This document shows positions 17,755 to 27,558 of a stretch of 64,000 nucleotides of DNA, piece after piece. Positions within the stretch are counted from its first letter, which is position 1. Each line of letters begins with the position of its first letter. The stretch is taken from assembly GCA_965227775.1 (NCBI GenBank), contig OZ245777.1:1216001-1280000 (forward strand). Direction: 5' to 3'. Position numbers and translations under genes: made by a program. The DNA comes from Phycisphaerales bacterium. GTDB lineage: Bacteria; Planctomycetota; Phycisphaerae; Phycisphaerales; UBA1924. The notes below the pieces were generated by a model. That model saw nothing but the letters and a program-made list of their open reading frames with translations, was not told where the DNA came from and made no database searches.

Positions 17755-19041
17755 ATGAAACTGGAGCTACGCCGTTTCGTCTGCATTGTCAGCACCGGTG
17801 TGCTGGCGACCAGCGCCCTCGCCCAGCCGTGCGACCCCAGCGAGATCTTCAGATCGCAAGCGGCCTACGACGTGGGCAGCGGGCCCGTCTCGGTCGCTGT
17901 CGGCGATCTCGATGGCGATGGTGACGGCGACCTGGCCGTGGCCAACGCAAGCGACGACACCGTCATCCTGCTGCGCAACGACGGAGACGGCAGTTTCGTG
18001 GTGGAAGGACGCTACGGCGTGGGCAGCGCGCCGACGTCGATCGCGATCGCCGACCTCGACGGTGACGGCAGCCCCGACCTCGCGGTCACCAACTTCCTGG
18101 GCGATACCGTCAGCGTGCTGCTCAACGACGGCGACGGAAACTTCGCACCAGACGTCGAATACAGCATCGAGCTGGGCCCATATGACGTGTCCGCGGCCGA
18201 CCTTGATGGTGATGGCGACGCCGACCTCGTGACGGCCAACATCAGCAACGATACGGTGAGCGTGCTGCTCAACAACGGCGATGGGACCTTCGCGCCCGAG
18301 ACGAGCTACACCGCGGGCGACCAACCCCAGGCGCTCGCGATCGGCGACCTCGATGGTGATGGCGATCCTGATCTCGCCGTGGCGAATTTCGTGAGCGAGA
18401 CGATCAGCGTGTTCTTCAACGACGGCGCGGGAACCCTGACGAACGAGCGGCAGTTCCGCTCGGGCATATTCCCCTTCTCGATCGCGATGGGCGACCTGGA
18501 CGGCGACGGCGACGCGGACCTCGCCGTCACCAACCTGGGCCTCTCGATGAGCGTGCTGCTCAACGACGGCGACGGGCGCTTCGACTCTCGTGTGTCCTAC
18601 GACACGGGCATCTCTCCGAGGTCGGTCACCATCGCCGACCTCAATAGCGATGGCGTGCCGGACCTCGCCGTCGCAAACAACCAGACCAACGACCTCAGCG
18701 TGCTGCTGAACATCGGCGACGGCACCTTCGCGCCCCAGGTGCTCTACGACGTCGGCGTAGAGCCCGCCTCCGTCGCAGCGGGAGATTTTGACAACGATGG
18801 CGACGCGGATCTGGCCGTGGCCAACAGCGACGACGACACCCTCGGCGTGCTGCTGAACCAGTGCGGCCCGCCCCGCTGCCGCGTGGATCTGGACGGCGAC
18901 GGAGAGGCCACCGTCTTCGACTTCTTCGAGTTCCTCAACCTGTTCGACGCCGGCAACCCCATCGCCGACTTCGACGGTGATGGCTCGCTCACCATCTTCG
19001 ACTTCATCGCGTTCCAGAAGGCATTCGACGACGGGTGTTGA
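17755..19041 (+). CDS. secreted FG-GAP/VCBS-repeat protein with GC-type dockerin domain
   Basis: Signal peptide; DLDGDG repeats; C-terminal CRVDLDGDG..FDFFEF..ADFDGDGSLTIFDFIAF..GC. Confidence 0.9.
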   Translation: MKLELRRFVCIVSTGVLATSALAQPCDPSEIFRSQAAYDVGSGPVSVAVGDLDGDGDGDLAVANASDDTVILLRNDGDGSFVVEGRYGVGSAPTSIAIADLDGDGSPDLAVTNFLGDTVSVLLNDGDGNFAPDVEYSIELGPYDVSAADLDGDGDADLVTANISNDTVSVLLNNGDGTFAPETSYTAGDQPQALAIGDLDGDGDPDLAVANFVSETISVFFNDGAGTLTNERQFRSGIFPFSIAMGDLDGDGDADLAVTNLGLSMSVLLNDGDGRFDSRVSYDTGISPRSVTIADLNSDGVPDLAVANNQTNDLSVLLNIGDGTFAPQVLYDVGVEPASVAAGDFDNDGDADLAVANSDDDTLGVLLNQCGPPRCRVDLDGDGEATVFDFFEFLNLFDAGNPIADFDGDGSLTIFDFIAFQKAFDDGC

Positions 19042-19159
19042 GGGCAGAACAGACGAACAGATCGGAAGACGAAGAGACGAACTGAACAGGCCTCAGGCGT
19101 CCGCCACCCTCCGCACTTCGTCTCTCCGTGACTGCGTGTCTTCCTCCCTACCCTCCCCC

Positions 19160-20335
19160 GTGCGCCATCCCGAGCACCACATCTTCCAGTTCACGCCCGA
19201 ATCCCTCGCCGACTGGTGCCGCGAGCGGTCGATGCCCGCCTTCCGGGCCAAGCAGATCCTGACCTGGGTCTACGAGCGCGGTGTGGTCGATCCCGCGCTC
19301 ATGACCGACCTCAGCAAGCGCGACCGCGAGACGCTCACGCGCGAGATGGCCTTCCTGAGTGGGCCAACCGTCGCCCACCAGCTCGCAACAGATGGCACGC
19401 AGAAGCTGCTCATCGAATGGCCCGACGACCTGAGCACGACCTCGGCCGAGCACGCAACGGTCGACACGTCCAGTCGCCTGCCGATCATCGGGCAGGACAT
19501 GCCGTACAGCAACACCGCCCGCCAGACCGAGTGCGTCATGATCCCCTGGCCGCCCAAGGGCGAGCTGCGGCCGCGCACCGATAGGCGCGAGCGCCGCACG
19601 GCGTGCATTTCGAGCCAGGTCGGCTGCCCGGTCGGTTGCAAGTTCTGCGCGAGCGGCCTGGGTGGGCTCGATGGCAATCTGTCCGCCGGTCGGATCGTCG
19701 AGCAGGTCTGGCGATTGAACCAGCTCCCCGACGTCGGCCGCATCAGCAACATCGTCTTCATGGGCATGGGCGAGCCGCTGGCGAACTTCAAGAGCGTGAC
19801 CCACGCCGTGCGCACGATCGCGGCGACCTGGGGCATGGGCATCGGCGCGCGCCGCATCACGATCTCGACTGTGGGTCTGCCGCAGGCCATCGAGCGCCTA
19901 GCACGCGAGCTCGACCTGCCCGTCACCCTCGCCCTCAGCCTGCACGCCCCGACCGACGAGCTGCGCCGCCAGCTCATCCCGTGGGCCGAGCACGCGACTG
20001 TCGACCAGTTGCTCACGGCCTGTCAGACCTGGTTCGACAAGACCGGCCGTGAGATCACGCTCGAGTACATCCTGCTGCGCGGCGTCAACGATCGTCCCGA
20101 GCATGCCCGCCTGCTGGCCGACCTTGCGCGCGCGATGCGCGCCAACATCAACCTCATCCGCTACAACGAGGTCCAGGGCCTGCAGTTCCAGCGGCCACGC
20201 ACCGAGGACGTGCGCGCGTTCCAGGACGTGCTGACCGAAGCACGCATCACCACCCACGTGCGCGCCAGCCGAGGCCGCGACATCGCCGCCGCCTGCGGCC
20301 AGTTGCGCCACGAGCATGCCGGGGCCGGTGCGTGA
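19160..20335 (+). CDS. rlmN: 23S rRNA (A2503-C2)/tRNA methyltransferase RlmN
   Basis: Radical-SAM CISSQVGCPVGCKFC, FMGMGEP, ITISTVG, LSLHAP, DIAAACGQL. GTG start inferred. Confidence 0.93.
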   Translation: MRHPEHHIFQFTPESLADWCRERSMPAFRAKQILTWVYERGVVDPALMTDLSKRDRETLTREMAFLSGPTVAHQLATDGTQKLLIEWPDDLSTTSAEHATVDTSSRLPIIGQDMPYSNTARQTECVMIPWPPKGELRPRTDRRERRTACISSQVGCPVGCKFCASGLGGLDGNLSAGRIVEQVWRLNQLPDVGRISNIVFMGMGEPLANFKSVTHAVRTIAATWGMGIGARRITISTVGLPQAIERLARELDLPVTLALSLHAPTDELRRQLIPWAEHATVDQLLTACQTWFDKTGREITLEYILLRGVNDRPEHARLLADLARAMRANINLIRYNEVQGLQFQRPRTEDVRAFQDVLTEARITTHVRASRGRDIAAACGQLRHEHAGAGA

Positions 20336-21069
20336 CGGCCCCGCCGGCGTTCGCGCCATTCACGCCCACACACCTTTTGGCTGCGGGTGCTGGCGTTGCC
20401 TGCATCATCGCCTTCGTCACCATCGGCCGCGTCTCCACGACCGCCGGCGAGCATCGCATCGTGCGCACGTGGGCCATCCTCTGGCTCATCCAGCAGGCAT
20501 TCACGACCATCTACTGGCTCTTGCCATCGAACTTCGATATCGCCAAGAGCCTGCCCCTGCACCTGTGCGACGTCGTCGGCTGGCTCGGGCCGTTCGCGCT
20601 CCTGCTCGCGCACACGCGCAAGACGCGCTGGCTGCGCACGATCCTCTACTTCTGGGGCATCGGCCTGAGCACGCAGGCGTTCTTCACGCCCACGATCACG
20701 CAGGGCCCAGGCGACCCGCGGTTCTGGCTGTTCTGGATCAGCCACACGCAGATCGTCGGCGCCGCGGTCTACGACATCGTCGTCCGCGGCTATCGCCCCG
20801 ACCTGCGCGACCTCAAGGCCGCCATCATCGCCTCGCTCGTGTGGATGGTCCCGCTCGTCGTGCTCAACTGGATCACGGGCCTCAACTACGGATACCTCGG
20901 ACCAGAACTCGAGGGCGAGACCGTACTGAACCTGCTGCCGCCCTGGCCCTGGCGCGTGCTCACGATGGCGGGCATCGTGCTCGTGCTCTTTTCGCTCATG
21001 TGGGCGGTCTGGCCGATCGCCGGGCGGCTCATGGGCCACGCGCCCGGGGACGACGACGAACGCGCTTAG
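20332..21069 (+). CDS. YwaF/TIGR02206-like integral membrane protein
   Basis: LPLHLCD, FWISH, NYGYL, PWPW; multiple TM helices; GTGA overlap with rlmN. Confidence 0.8.
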   Translation: MTAPPAFAPFTPTHLLAAGAGVACIIAFVTIGRVSTTAGEHRIVRTWAILWLIQQAFTTIYWLLPSNFDIAKSLPLHLCDVVGWLGPFALLLAHTRKTRWLRTILYFWGIGLSTQAFFTPTITQGPGDPRFWLFWISHTQIVGAAVYDIVVRGYRPDLRDLKAAIIASLVWMVPLVVLNWITGLNYGYLGPELEGETVLNLLPPWPWRVLTMAGIVLVLFSLMWAVWPIAGRLMGHAPGDDDERA

Positions 21070-22115
21070 CTATCGTCGCCGGGAAGCTCTGGCTCGATGC
21101 CCGTCACCTGTACCGGCACGCGTGGATCGTCGACGACGAACGTCAGGCCTTCGACCTCGCCCGACAGCCTGGCCTCGAACTCGGCCGAACCCTCGACCAA
21201 TTCCTCGCCCTCCAGGTGCAGTGTGGCGACGACTCGGCTGCGACCATCGGCGATCGCCCGCACCGCCTCACTCGGCCCGCTGATGCGAACATCGCGCAGG
21301 TACGAGTCTTCGGGCGCGATGCGCACCGACCACTGCCGTAGCTGCGTGGGCGACAGCCGGATCATGACCGGCACGCTCGACATCGTGTGCGACTCGATCG
21401 TGTCACGCAGCGCGAACGTTGCCGACACGGCGCTTGGCTCGACCCGCACCAGATCGCTCCGCCAGGGCGCGGGAATGTTCAGCGTCAGATTGCCCACCTC
21501 GGCCGTGCTCCCGCCCTCGATCGCGTCCAGCTCGTCCCGCGGAATCGTTACCTCGAGCGCTTCGAAGCCCGCGTCGGCGAGCAGCGTGGCGGGGCCAGTG
21601 AAGGTCGCGTTCGCCGGCTCGGCGACCGGCGGGCGCTCCAACTCCACGCCGGGCGCAAGCACGCGGATCGGCACGCTTCGCTCAACGAGCTCGTCCACAC
21701 GCACGTCGAGCGTCGGCGGCGTGACGTCTTCCAGGCTCACGGCCAGGCGATCGAACACGGCGTGATCGCGCAGGGTGTCTCGCAGCGAGATGGTCTGCCG
21801 TCCGAGGGTGGACGAGACGCCCTCGCCGATCAGCAGCTCGATGGGCTCCTCGAATCGCTGCCCGGCCCGCTGGAGCGCCGCGCGAGAGCCCTCCAGCCGC
21901 AGCGTCACGGTCGTGCGCCGTGTGCGTTCGGGCTGGGTCCACGCCGTCAGCTGCGAGCCCGCGGGCGCCGCGAGCACGAGCGTGACCGTCCGGGTGCCGG
22001 TCGTCAGGCTGCGCGCTTCGGCAAAGGTCCAGATCGCCGCACTAAGAACGACAACGAGCACGAGTCGGAGGATCCGTGAACGCAGCGTGGTATCGCGAGG
22101 AGCTTTCTCAGCCAC
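21066..22115 (-). CDS. CdaR/YbbR-like regulator of diadenylate cyclase
   Basis: N-terminal TM (LVVVLSAAIWTFA); beta-rich repeats with V/L-x-G-S/P; overlaps the cdaA stop. Confidence 0.7.
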   Translation of the reverse strand: MAEKAPRDTTLRSRILRLVLVVVLSAAIWTFAEARSLTTGTRTVTLVLAAPAGSQLTAWTQPERTRRTTVTLRLEGSRAALQRAGQRFEEPIELLIGEGVSSTLGRQTISLRDTLRDHAVFDRLAVSLEDVTPPTLDVRVDELVERSVPIRVLAPGVELERPPVAEPANATFTGPATLLADAGFEALEVTIPRDELDAIEGGSTAEVGNLTLNIPAPWRSDLVRVEPSAVSATFALRDTIESHTMSSVPVMIRLSPTQLRQWSVRIAPEDSYLRDVRISGPSEAVRAIADGRSRVVATLHLEGEELVEGSAEFEARLSGEVEGLTFVVDDPRVPVQVTGIEPELPGDDS

Positions 22116-23043
22116 GGTCGTCTCCCTTGTCGTCGCTGGTGCTTCGCACACGATCCGAGCGGGCCTCCTCGGCGGTCGAGGGACGTTCCGGAACGTCCTT
22201 GCGAAGGCCGGCCTGCAGGGAGCGGCGGAGTTCCTCGGGCGTCATCGGGTCGCTCAGCTTGCCGCGCTCGGCGATGCGGATGCCGCCGGTCTCCTCGCTC
22301 ACGATGACTACCAGCGCATCGCACTCGCGCGAGATGCCCACCGCGGCGCGGTGGCGTGCGCCAAAGCCAGCGTCGGGCATCTCCGCCGCGCTCGCAAGAG
22401 GTAGCTGCACGCCCGCCGCGTGCACGATGGGACCCTTGATGATGACCGCAAGGTCGTGCAGCGCCGTGCCGGGAAAGAACAGGCTTTGAAGCAGCCGGGC
22501 GCTCACCTCGGCGCCGATGCGAGTGCCGCCCTCGGCGAGCCCACCCAAGGCCGTGCGCCGCTCCATAACGATGAGCGCGCCGAACTTGGCTTTCTGGAAG
22601 TAGCTGCACGCTTCGACGACCGAATCGACGACGTGGGCGATCTCGCCTGGCGTGCTCCGGAAGATCGGTGCTTCGCCCAGCCGCGTGAGCGCGCGACGCA
22701 GCTCGGGCTGGAACACGACCACCAGGCCGATCGCGACGACCACGCCCGCACGATCGAGCAGGTAGCCGAGCCGCTCGAACGCCTCTTCACGCCCGACGAG
22801 CGAAAGGAAGATCCGCGCCGCCAGCCCGATGAGCACGAGCGCGACCAGGCCCTTCATGACCCCCGCCGCGCGCGTGTCCTCGATGAACCGCAGGATGGCC
22901 CAGACCACCAGCGCGATCAGCGCCAGCTCGAACGCGACCTCCCACCACGCATATCCCGAGATGCGTTGCAGCGCGTTTCCGATGGCGATGGCCAGATCCA
23001 CGGCGTCCGACACCCCTTCCAGAGACCGGCCCGGGGGCCGCAT
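22108..23043 (-). CDS. dacA: membrane diadenylate cyclase CdaA/DacA
   Basis: Three TM helices, VVFQPELRRAL, GALIV, LHDLAV, GARHRAAVG, VIVSEETG. Confidence 0.9.
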   Translation of the reverse strand: MRPPGRSLEGVSDAVDLAIAIGNALQRISGYAWWEVAFELALIALVVWAILRFIEDTRAAGVMKGLVALVLIGLAARIFLSLVGREEAFERLGYLLDRAGVVVAIGLVVVFQPELRRALTRLGEAPIFRSTPGEIAHVVDSVVEACSYFQKAKFGALIVMERRTALGGLAEGGTRIGAEVSARLLQSLFFPGTALHDLAVIIKGPIVHAAGVQLPLASAAEMPDAGFGARHRAAVGISRECDALVVIVSEETGGIRIAERGKLSDPMTPEELRRSLQAGLRKDVPERPSTAEEARSDRVRSTSDDKGDDRG

Positions 23044-23085
23044 CGCTCACTGTACGCGCCCCAAAGCCCTACGCTGAGGGCCCTT

Positions 23086-23394
23086 ATGCCCCGTGTCATC
23101 GGCTTCGAAGCGACACCGAACCCAAACGCGATCAAGGTCCTGGTCGAGGGCCGGCTGGCCGAGGTGCCCCGGTCGTACCGCGAGCCCCCCGCAGGCGATT
23201 GCCCCGATCCGCTCGCGCGCGTGCTGTTCGCCATCGACGGGGTCCGGGTCTTGCTTATCCACCACGAGTTCCTGTCCATCGGCAAGGCTCCCGAGGCCAA
23301 GTGGCCCGCCATCAAGCGACAAGCCAAGGCAGCCATCCAGGCGTTCGACCCCGCACAACAAGCCGAGCAGGCGGATCCAGATGCCCGTGGCTGA
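23086..23394 (+). CDS. NifU/Nfu N-terminal domain protein
   Basis: EATPNPNAIK, PLARVLFAIDGV, FLSIGK...W. Confidence 0.8.
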   Translation: MPRVIGFEATPNPNAIKVLVEGRLAEVPRSYREPPAGDCPDPLARVLFAIDGVRVLLIHHEFLSIGKAPEAKWPAIKRQAKAAIQAFDPAQQAEQADPDARG

Positions 23395-24565
23395 GCGCGC
23401 GAAGCCCGACTTGCCCGCGGGCGACCCGGCAACCGACCAATGGCTCACCCGGGCGATCGCGAAGTGGTTCGCCGTCAACGCGCGTGAACTCCCCTGGCGA
23501 ACGGATCCACGTGATCCGTGGCTCTCGCTCATGAGCGAGATCATGCTCCAGCAGACCCAGGTGGCCCGCGTCGCCGAGCGATTCGAGACGTTCGCCGAGC
23601 GATTCCCCACACCACGGGCGATGGCTGACGCTTCCGTCGATGACGTCCTCGCGCTCTGGAGCGGGCTGGGCTACTACCGAAGGGCGCGACTCTTGCACGC
23701 TTGCGCAACGGCGATCGTCGAGCGTCACGACGGCGCGGTGCCCGCAAGCGCCGAGGCATTGCAAAACCTCCCTGGCGTCGGGCGCTACACGGCAGGCGCC
23801 GTTGCATCAATCGCCTTCGGATTGGAGGTGCCCATCGTCGATGGCAACGTGTCGCGCGTCCTGCTCCGCGTGAACGGTGTTGAAGCCGCGGCCGACGGGC
23901 CGGGGGTGCAATTCTGGGCGTGGTCGCGGGCGTCCGCACTTGCGCGAGCCGCAGCGGAACATGTCGGGCCCGCGAGCGAAGGCATCATGGAACTCGGCGC
24001 GACCGTGTGCACGCCAGCGTTGCCACGATGCGACACTTGCCCGATCCGGTCAAGGTGCGTCGCGCACAAGCGTGGCACTGTCGATCGCATCCCAAAACCA
24101 AAGACGCGCGCAAAGAAGCAGCCGCTCTCGATTGCGGCGCTCGTCGTCACGGACCGCCGCGGGCGCGTCTTGCTCGAGCAGCGGCCGAGCAGCGGTTTGT
24201 GGGGCGGTCTCTGGCAGCCACCGTGCGTCGAGCGAGCGGCCGCGCGACTCGTTTCTGTTCAGGCATTGCTCAGAGCGCTCGGGTTGCTCGATGAGGTCGC
24301 AGCGCCGACAAGCCAAGGCCAGTTCGGGTTTGCCACCACGCATCGCGACGTACGAGTGGGGGTCTGGTCGGCTCGTGCTCGCCATGCGACGCGTGCACGG
24401 GCCGCCCGTGCAGGCACGTCGCGGTGGTTTACAAACACGGAACTGTGCGGGCTTGGCATGGCCTCAGCCCACCGCAAGATGCTGGTTGTTGGTGGTATAG
24501 CAACACACGGACCACAGGCTGGGCAAACCGGGTACCCTCGCCAGCCTGAAACATCTAAATCCTGA
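23381..24565 (+). CDS. mutY: A/G-specific adenine glycosylase MutY
   Basis: SEIMLQQTQV, WSGLGYYRRA, HhH LPGVGRYTAGA, VDGNV, FeS motif CTPALPRCDTCPIRSRC, NUDIX-like C-terminus. Confidence 0.93.
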   Translation: MPVAERAKPDLPAGDPATDQWLTRAIAKWFAVNARELPWRTDPRDPWLSLMSEIMLQQTQVARVAERFETFAERFPTPRAMADASVDDVLALWSGLGYYRRARLLHACATAIVERHDGAVPASAEALQNLPGVGRYTAGAVASIAFGLEVPIVDGNVSRVLLRVNGVEAAADGPGVQFWAWSRASALARAAAEHVGPASEGIMELGATVCTPALPRCDTCPIRSRCVAHKRGTVDRIPKPKTRAKKQPLSIAALVVTDRRGRVLLEQRPSSGLWGGLWQPPCVERAAARLVSVQALLRALGLLDEVAAPTSQGQFGFATTHRDVRVGVWSARARHATRARAARAGTSRWFTNTELCGLGMASAHRKMLVVGGIATHGPQAGQTGYPRQPETSKS

Positions 24566-24606
24566 TCAGATAGAGCTTTAGTCCACAGTTCCCAGAAGCT
24601 GGGCTG

Positions 24607-24615
24607 TGTGGATAA
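24607..24615 (-). promoter_or_regulatory. perfect DnaA-box 9-mer
   Basis: TGTGGATAA (= TTATCCACA) directly beyond the tRNA 3' end. Confidence 0.35.
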
Positions 24616-24616
24616 G

Positions 24617-24687
24617 CTGGGGATCCAGGATTCGAACCTGGACTAGATGAACCAGAATCACCGGTGCTACCATTACACCAATCCCCA
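24617..24687 (-). tRNA. tRNA-Gln(CTG), CCA not encoded
   Basis: TGGGGATTGGTGTAATGGTAGCACCGGTGATTCTGGTTCATCTAGTCCAGGTTCGAATCCTGGATCCCCAG folds as a cloverleaf with anticodon CTG and a GTTCGAATC T-loop. Confidence 0.96.
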
Positions 24688-24700
24688 GTCTGGCGGCCCA

Positions 24701-24729
24701 AGTCTACATCGGATCGCCACCCACTTCAA
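24701..24729 (-). promoter_or_regulatory. sigma70-type promoter for tRNA-Gln
   Basis: TTGAAG-N17-TAGACT, 13 nt upstream of the tRNA 5' end. Confidence 0.55.
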
Positions 24730-24963
24730 CGCCGTGAACCGCCTTTGCGACCTCAGGACCATGTGGCCCAAGGGGTAGTACTTACGTATCAACGCACCCT
24801 TCGGCCTGGACCGGATGGCACTCTGGGCAAAATTTAGTGCGGATGCCGGCATCCTTCGAGTACACTTGGAGCGAAGAGGCTTGGTGGGCGAGAGGACGTC
24901 CGACCAAGGCGCTGGCACGTATCCCCGTGGCACTGCCAGCAGCAAAGAGCGAGGAGACATGAC

Positions 24964-26010
24964 ATGCGCACGACGACGACCACCGTGGCGACGCTATTCG
25001 CGGCCGCCGGGGCAGCGTTTGCCCAGGATTCCCAGTTCCTGTTCACCAACCAAGGCAGCCCGGGCATCGACGGCTACATCGGGGGTGCACAGACGCGCAT
25101 CGTCGACGTGACCAACCCCGGCGCGTTCCTGGCCGGCATTGTGCAGGTCGGCGACAGCTTCTACTTCGCCGATGGCGCGGGCGATGCTGATCCTGGGCTG
25201 ACGAGCGGGATCTTCCGCCTGGACAACGCGTTCAGCGCGCCGTCGATCTCGCCGGTCTCCACCAGCATGCCGATTGAAAATCCCATCGGCCTGCAGTGGG
25301 ACGCGGGGCGGAACAACTTCATCACTGTGAACAACGTGTTCTCGCCCGGCATGGGCAGCGTTGACGGCGTGCTGGCGGTCACCATGGGTGGCACCATTTC
25401 GACCGTGTTCGAAGAAGACAGGACGCTGCCACGGCCGCGATACCAGGCCGCCGCTCGCCTGGCTCGCGAGTCTTCGGGCAGCTACCTCATCCCGAGCTTG
25501 AACGGCAGCGCCGCCGTCAGCGGTACGGGGGAGTTGGGTAACGGCAGCGCCCTGTTCCGCATGGATATCGATGGCTCGCTCTCGGGTACTGCCAGCCTGG
25601 TCGTTGACCTGGCCGATACCTCCGTTACCGGCTTGGCCGACCCCCTGCTGGACACTGCTGGCATCGCGATCAATCCCAACAACGGCCTTGTGTACCTGAC
25701 CGATCGCAACGCCGGCGCGATCTACGAGATGGCGTTGGATGGCAGTGGCGCATTCGATTCCATCCGCGTGCTGATCGATGGGCTTGATGGGCCCGAAGAG
25801 ATCCAGTACGACCCGTTCAACGATCGCCTCGTGTTCGACGAGAACTTTGGCGGCGATCTCGGCCGCATCAGCCAGGTCGAGCTCGATGGCTCGGGCCTGA
25901 CGGTGCTCGTCGATGACGTCGATACCCGCGGCATCGTCATCATCCCGGCGCCGGCCTCATTGGCCCTGCTCGGTCTTGGTGGACTCGTCGCGACGCGTCG
26001 TCGTCGCTAA
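24964..26010 (+). CDS. secreted beta-propeller-like protein with PEP-CTERM-like (PAP) sorting tail
   Basis: Signal peptide; C-terminus IPAPASLALLGLGGLVATRRRR; GAGGAG RBS. Confidence 0.85.
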   Translation: MRTTTTTVATLFAAAGAAFAQDSQFLFTNQGSPGIDGYIGGAQTRIVDVTNPGAFLAGIVQVGDSFYFADGAGDADPGLTSGIFRLDNAFSAPSISPVSTSMPIENPIGLQWDAGRNNFITVNNVFSPGMGSVDGVLAVTMGGTISTVFEEDRTLPRPRYQAAARLARESSGSYLIPSLNGSAAVSGTGELGNGSALFRMDIDGSLSGTASLVVDLADTSVTGLADPLLDTAGIAINPNNGLVYLTDRNAGAIYEMALDGSGAFDSIRVLIDGLDGPEEIQYDPFNDRLVFDENFGGDLGRISQVELDGSGLTVLVDDVDTRGIVIIPAPASLALLGLGGLVATRRRR

Positions 26011-26156
26011 CTGACGCAACGCGGGCCCGTCCCGTGGGGTACAACCAGAGAGAAGTCGATGGCCGATGGGAGTTCCCCACCGGCCATCGTTGTTTATCGG
26101 GCAGACGGAGCGCGCAATCCATCCGTCAGCGCTTCAGAGAGAGCGGAGATGTGCAG

Positions 26157-26921
26157 ATGATGAACCCACGTGCTCGTATTGCGTGCTTGCTTGTGATGGC
26201 CGCCCCCGCGATGGCCGTTGCCGAGGAAACCGGCTTTGACGACTTTGCCTCGGGCTTCTTGGGGCGCGCCTTCGAGGACGGGGGCATCTTCTTCTCCGAA
26301 AACCTCTGGTTCCCCGGCGGTGGCCGAGTGCAGTTTGCCGCGACGAACGGCACGGGATCCATCAGCTCGTTCCCAGAGTTCAGCCCGGTCAACGTCATGA
26401 CCACAGGCTCGTGGTCGAGCGGCACTGTGCTTGGTTTCACGCGCACGCACCAGTGGATCGCCACCATCGGCGAGACCGCCAGCACCGCGCGCGTCGACGT
26501 CTTCTGGCTCGGCCGCCCGAACTGGGAGGGCACCGAGGTCTGCCTCGAGGGCCTCGTCGGCGATGACGTGGTTGTGAGCGACTGCTTCATCCATCCGGGC
26601 GCGACGCCCGACGACATCCAGCACACGCGGATGGAGATCGCCGGCACCGAGTTCGATCGCATACGCTTCATCTGCCGTGGCGGCACCGTGCCGGGCGAAC
26701 TCGACGGCATCCTCGCGGTGTTCGATAACGTTGCCATCGAGGCGGGCGAAGCCTGCCGGGCCGACATCGACGGCGACGGCGAGCTGACCATCTTCGACTT
26801 CCTGGGCTACCAGAACCTCTTCGATGCCGGCGATCTGCAGGCCGACTTCGACGGCGATGGCGAGTTGACCATCTTCGATTTCCTCGCCTTCCAGAACGAG
26901 TTCGACGCCGGCTGCGGGTAA
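26157..26921 (+). CDS. secreted GC-type dockerin-anchored protein
   Basis: Signal peptide; C-terminal CRADIDGDGELTIFDFL..ADFDGDGELTIFDFLAFQNEFDAGCG. Confidence 0.85.
   Translation: MMNPRARIACLLVMAAPAMAVAEETGFDDFASGFLGRAFEDGGIFFSENLWFPGGGRVQFAATNGTGSISSFPEFSPVNVMTTGSWSSGTVLGFTRTHQWIATIGETASTARVDVFWLGRPNWEGTEVCLEGLVGDDVVVSDCFIHPGATPDDIQHTRMEIAGTEFDRIRFICRGGTVPGELDGILAVFDNVAIEAGEACRADIDGDGELTIFDFLGYQNLFDAGDLQADFDGDGELTIFDFLAFQNEFDAGCG
26759..26918 (+). repeat. tandem duplicated dockerin (EF-hand-like) coding segments, also similar to 41317-41488 (-) and 18877-19038
   Basis: gccgac(a/t)tcgacggcga(c/t)ggcgag(c/t)tgaccatcttcga(c/t)ttcct occurs twice. Confidence 0.7.
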
Positions 26922-26937
26922 TGCCGATAGCACCGGC

Positions 26938-27558
26938 ATGAGCAACCCGGTCACCCTGATCGGCGGTGGAGGACACGCGAAGGTCGTGGCCGATGCCGCA
27001 CGCGCTGTGGGCGTCACGATTGCGGGCTTTGTTGACGACGACCCCGAAGCGCGCGTACCCGGACTCGAGCACCTCGGACCAATCGAGCGCGCTGGTGATG
27101 ATTGGCATCTGTGCATCGGTGATGTTGCTACGCGAGTTCGCGTGCTCGAGTCGCTCCTCGGCTTGGGCATCGTGATCGTGCACCCAGCCGCGATCGTCAG
27201 CCCGACGGCAACCCTGGAAGCAGGCGTGTTCGTCGGGCCTGGTGCCATTGTCAACGCTGACGCGCACATCGAGGCGAACGCGATCGTCAACAGCGGCGCG
27301 ATCATCGAGCACGATGCTCGCGTGGGTCATGCCAGCCACATCGCGCCCGGATCCGTCCTATGCGGCGCGGTGACGGTGGGGCGGTCGTGCCTCGTCGGAG
27401 CCGGAGCCGTCCTGATGCCGGGCGCTGAGGTCGGTGACCTCGCGACCATCGGTGCGGGCGCGGTCGTTAGGGGTGGGGTTCCGCCTCGGTGCGTTGCGGT
27501 TGGGGTGCCGGCCCAGGTTCTCGAGAACCGAGGTGGGCGGCGAGTACGTCCCGAATAG
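26938..27558 (+). CDS. sugar O/N-acetyltransferase, NeuD/PglD family (hexapeptide repeat)
   Basis: IGGGGHAKVV, VHPAAIVS, IEHD, left-handed beta-helix repeats. Confidence 0.9.
   Translation: MSNPVTLIGGGGHAKVVADAARAVGVTIAGFVDDDPEARVPGLEHLGPIERAGDDWHLCIGDVATRVRVLESLLGLGIVIVHPAAIVSPTATLEAGVFVGPGAIVNADAHIEANAIVNSGAIIEHDARVGHASHIAPGSVLCGAVTVGRSCLVGAGAVLMPGAEVGDLATIGAGAVVRGGVPPRCVAVGVPAQVLENRGGRRVRPE

Noticed and set aside
16300..18860. Regularly spaced ggcgacctcgacggcgacggcgac-like repeats resembling a CRISPR array
   Set aside because: They are in-frame coding FG-GAP (GDLDGDGD) repeats with synonymous variation; there are no cas genes or unique-spacer structure.
24565..24964. tRNA-Gln as an integration site of a genomic island
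   Set aside because: No integrase and no duplicated tRNA 3' end seen in the window; the flanking gene is housekeeping mutY.
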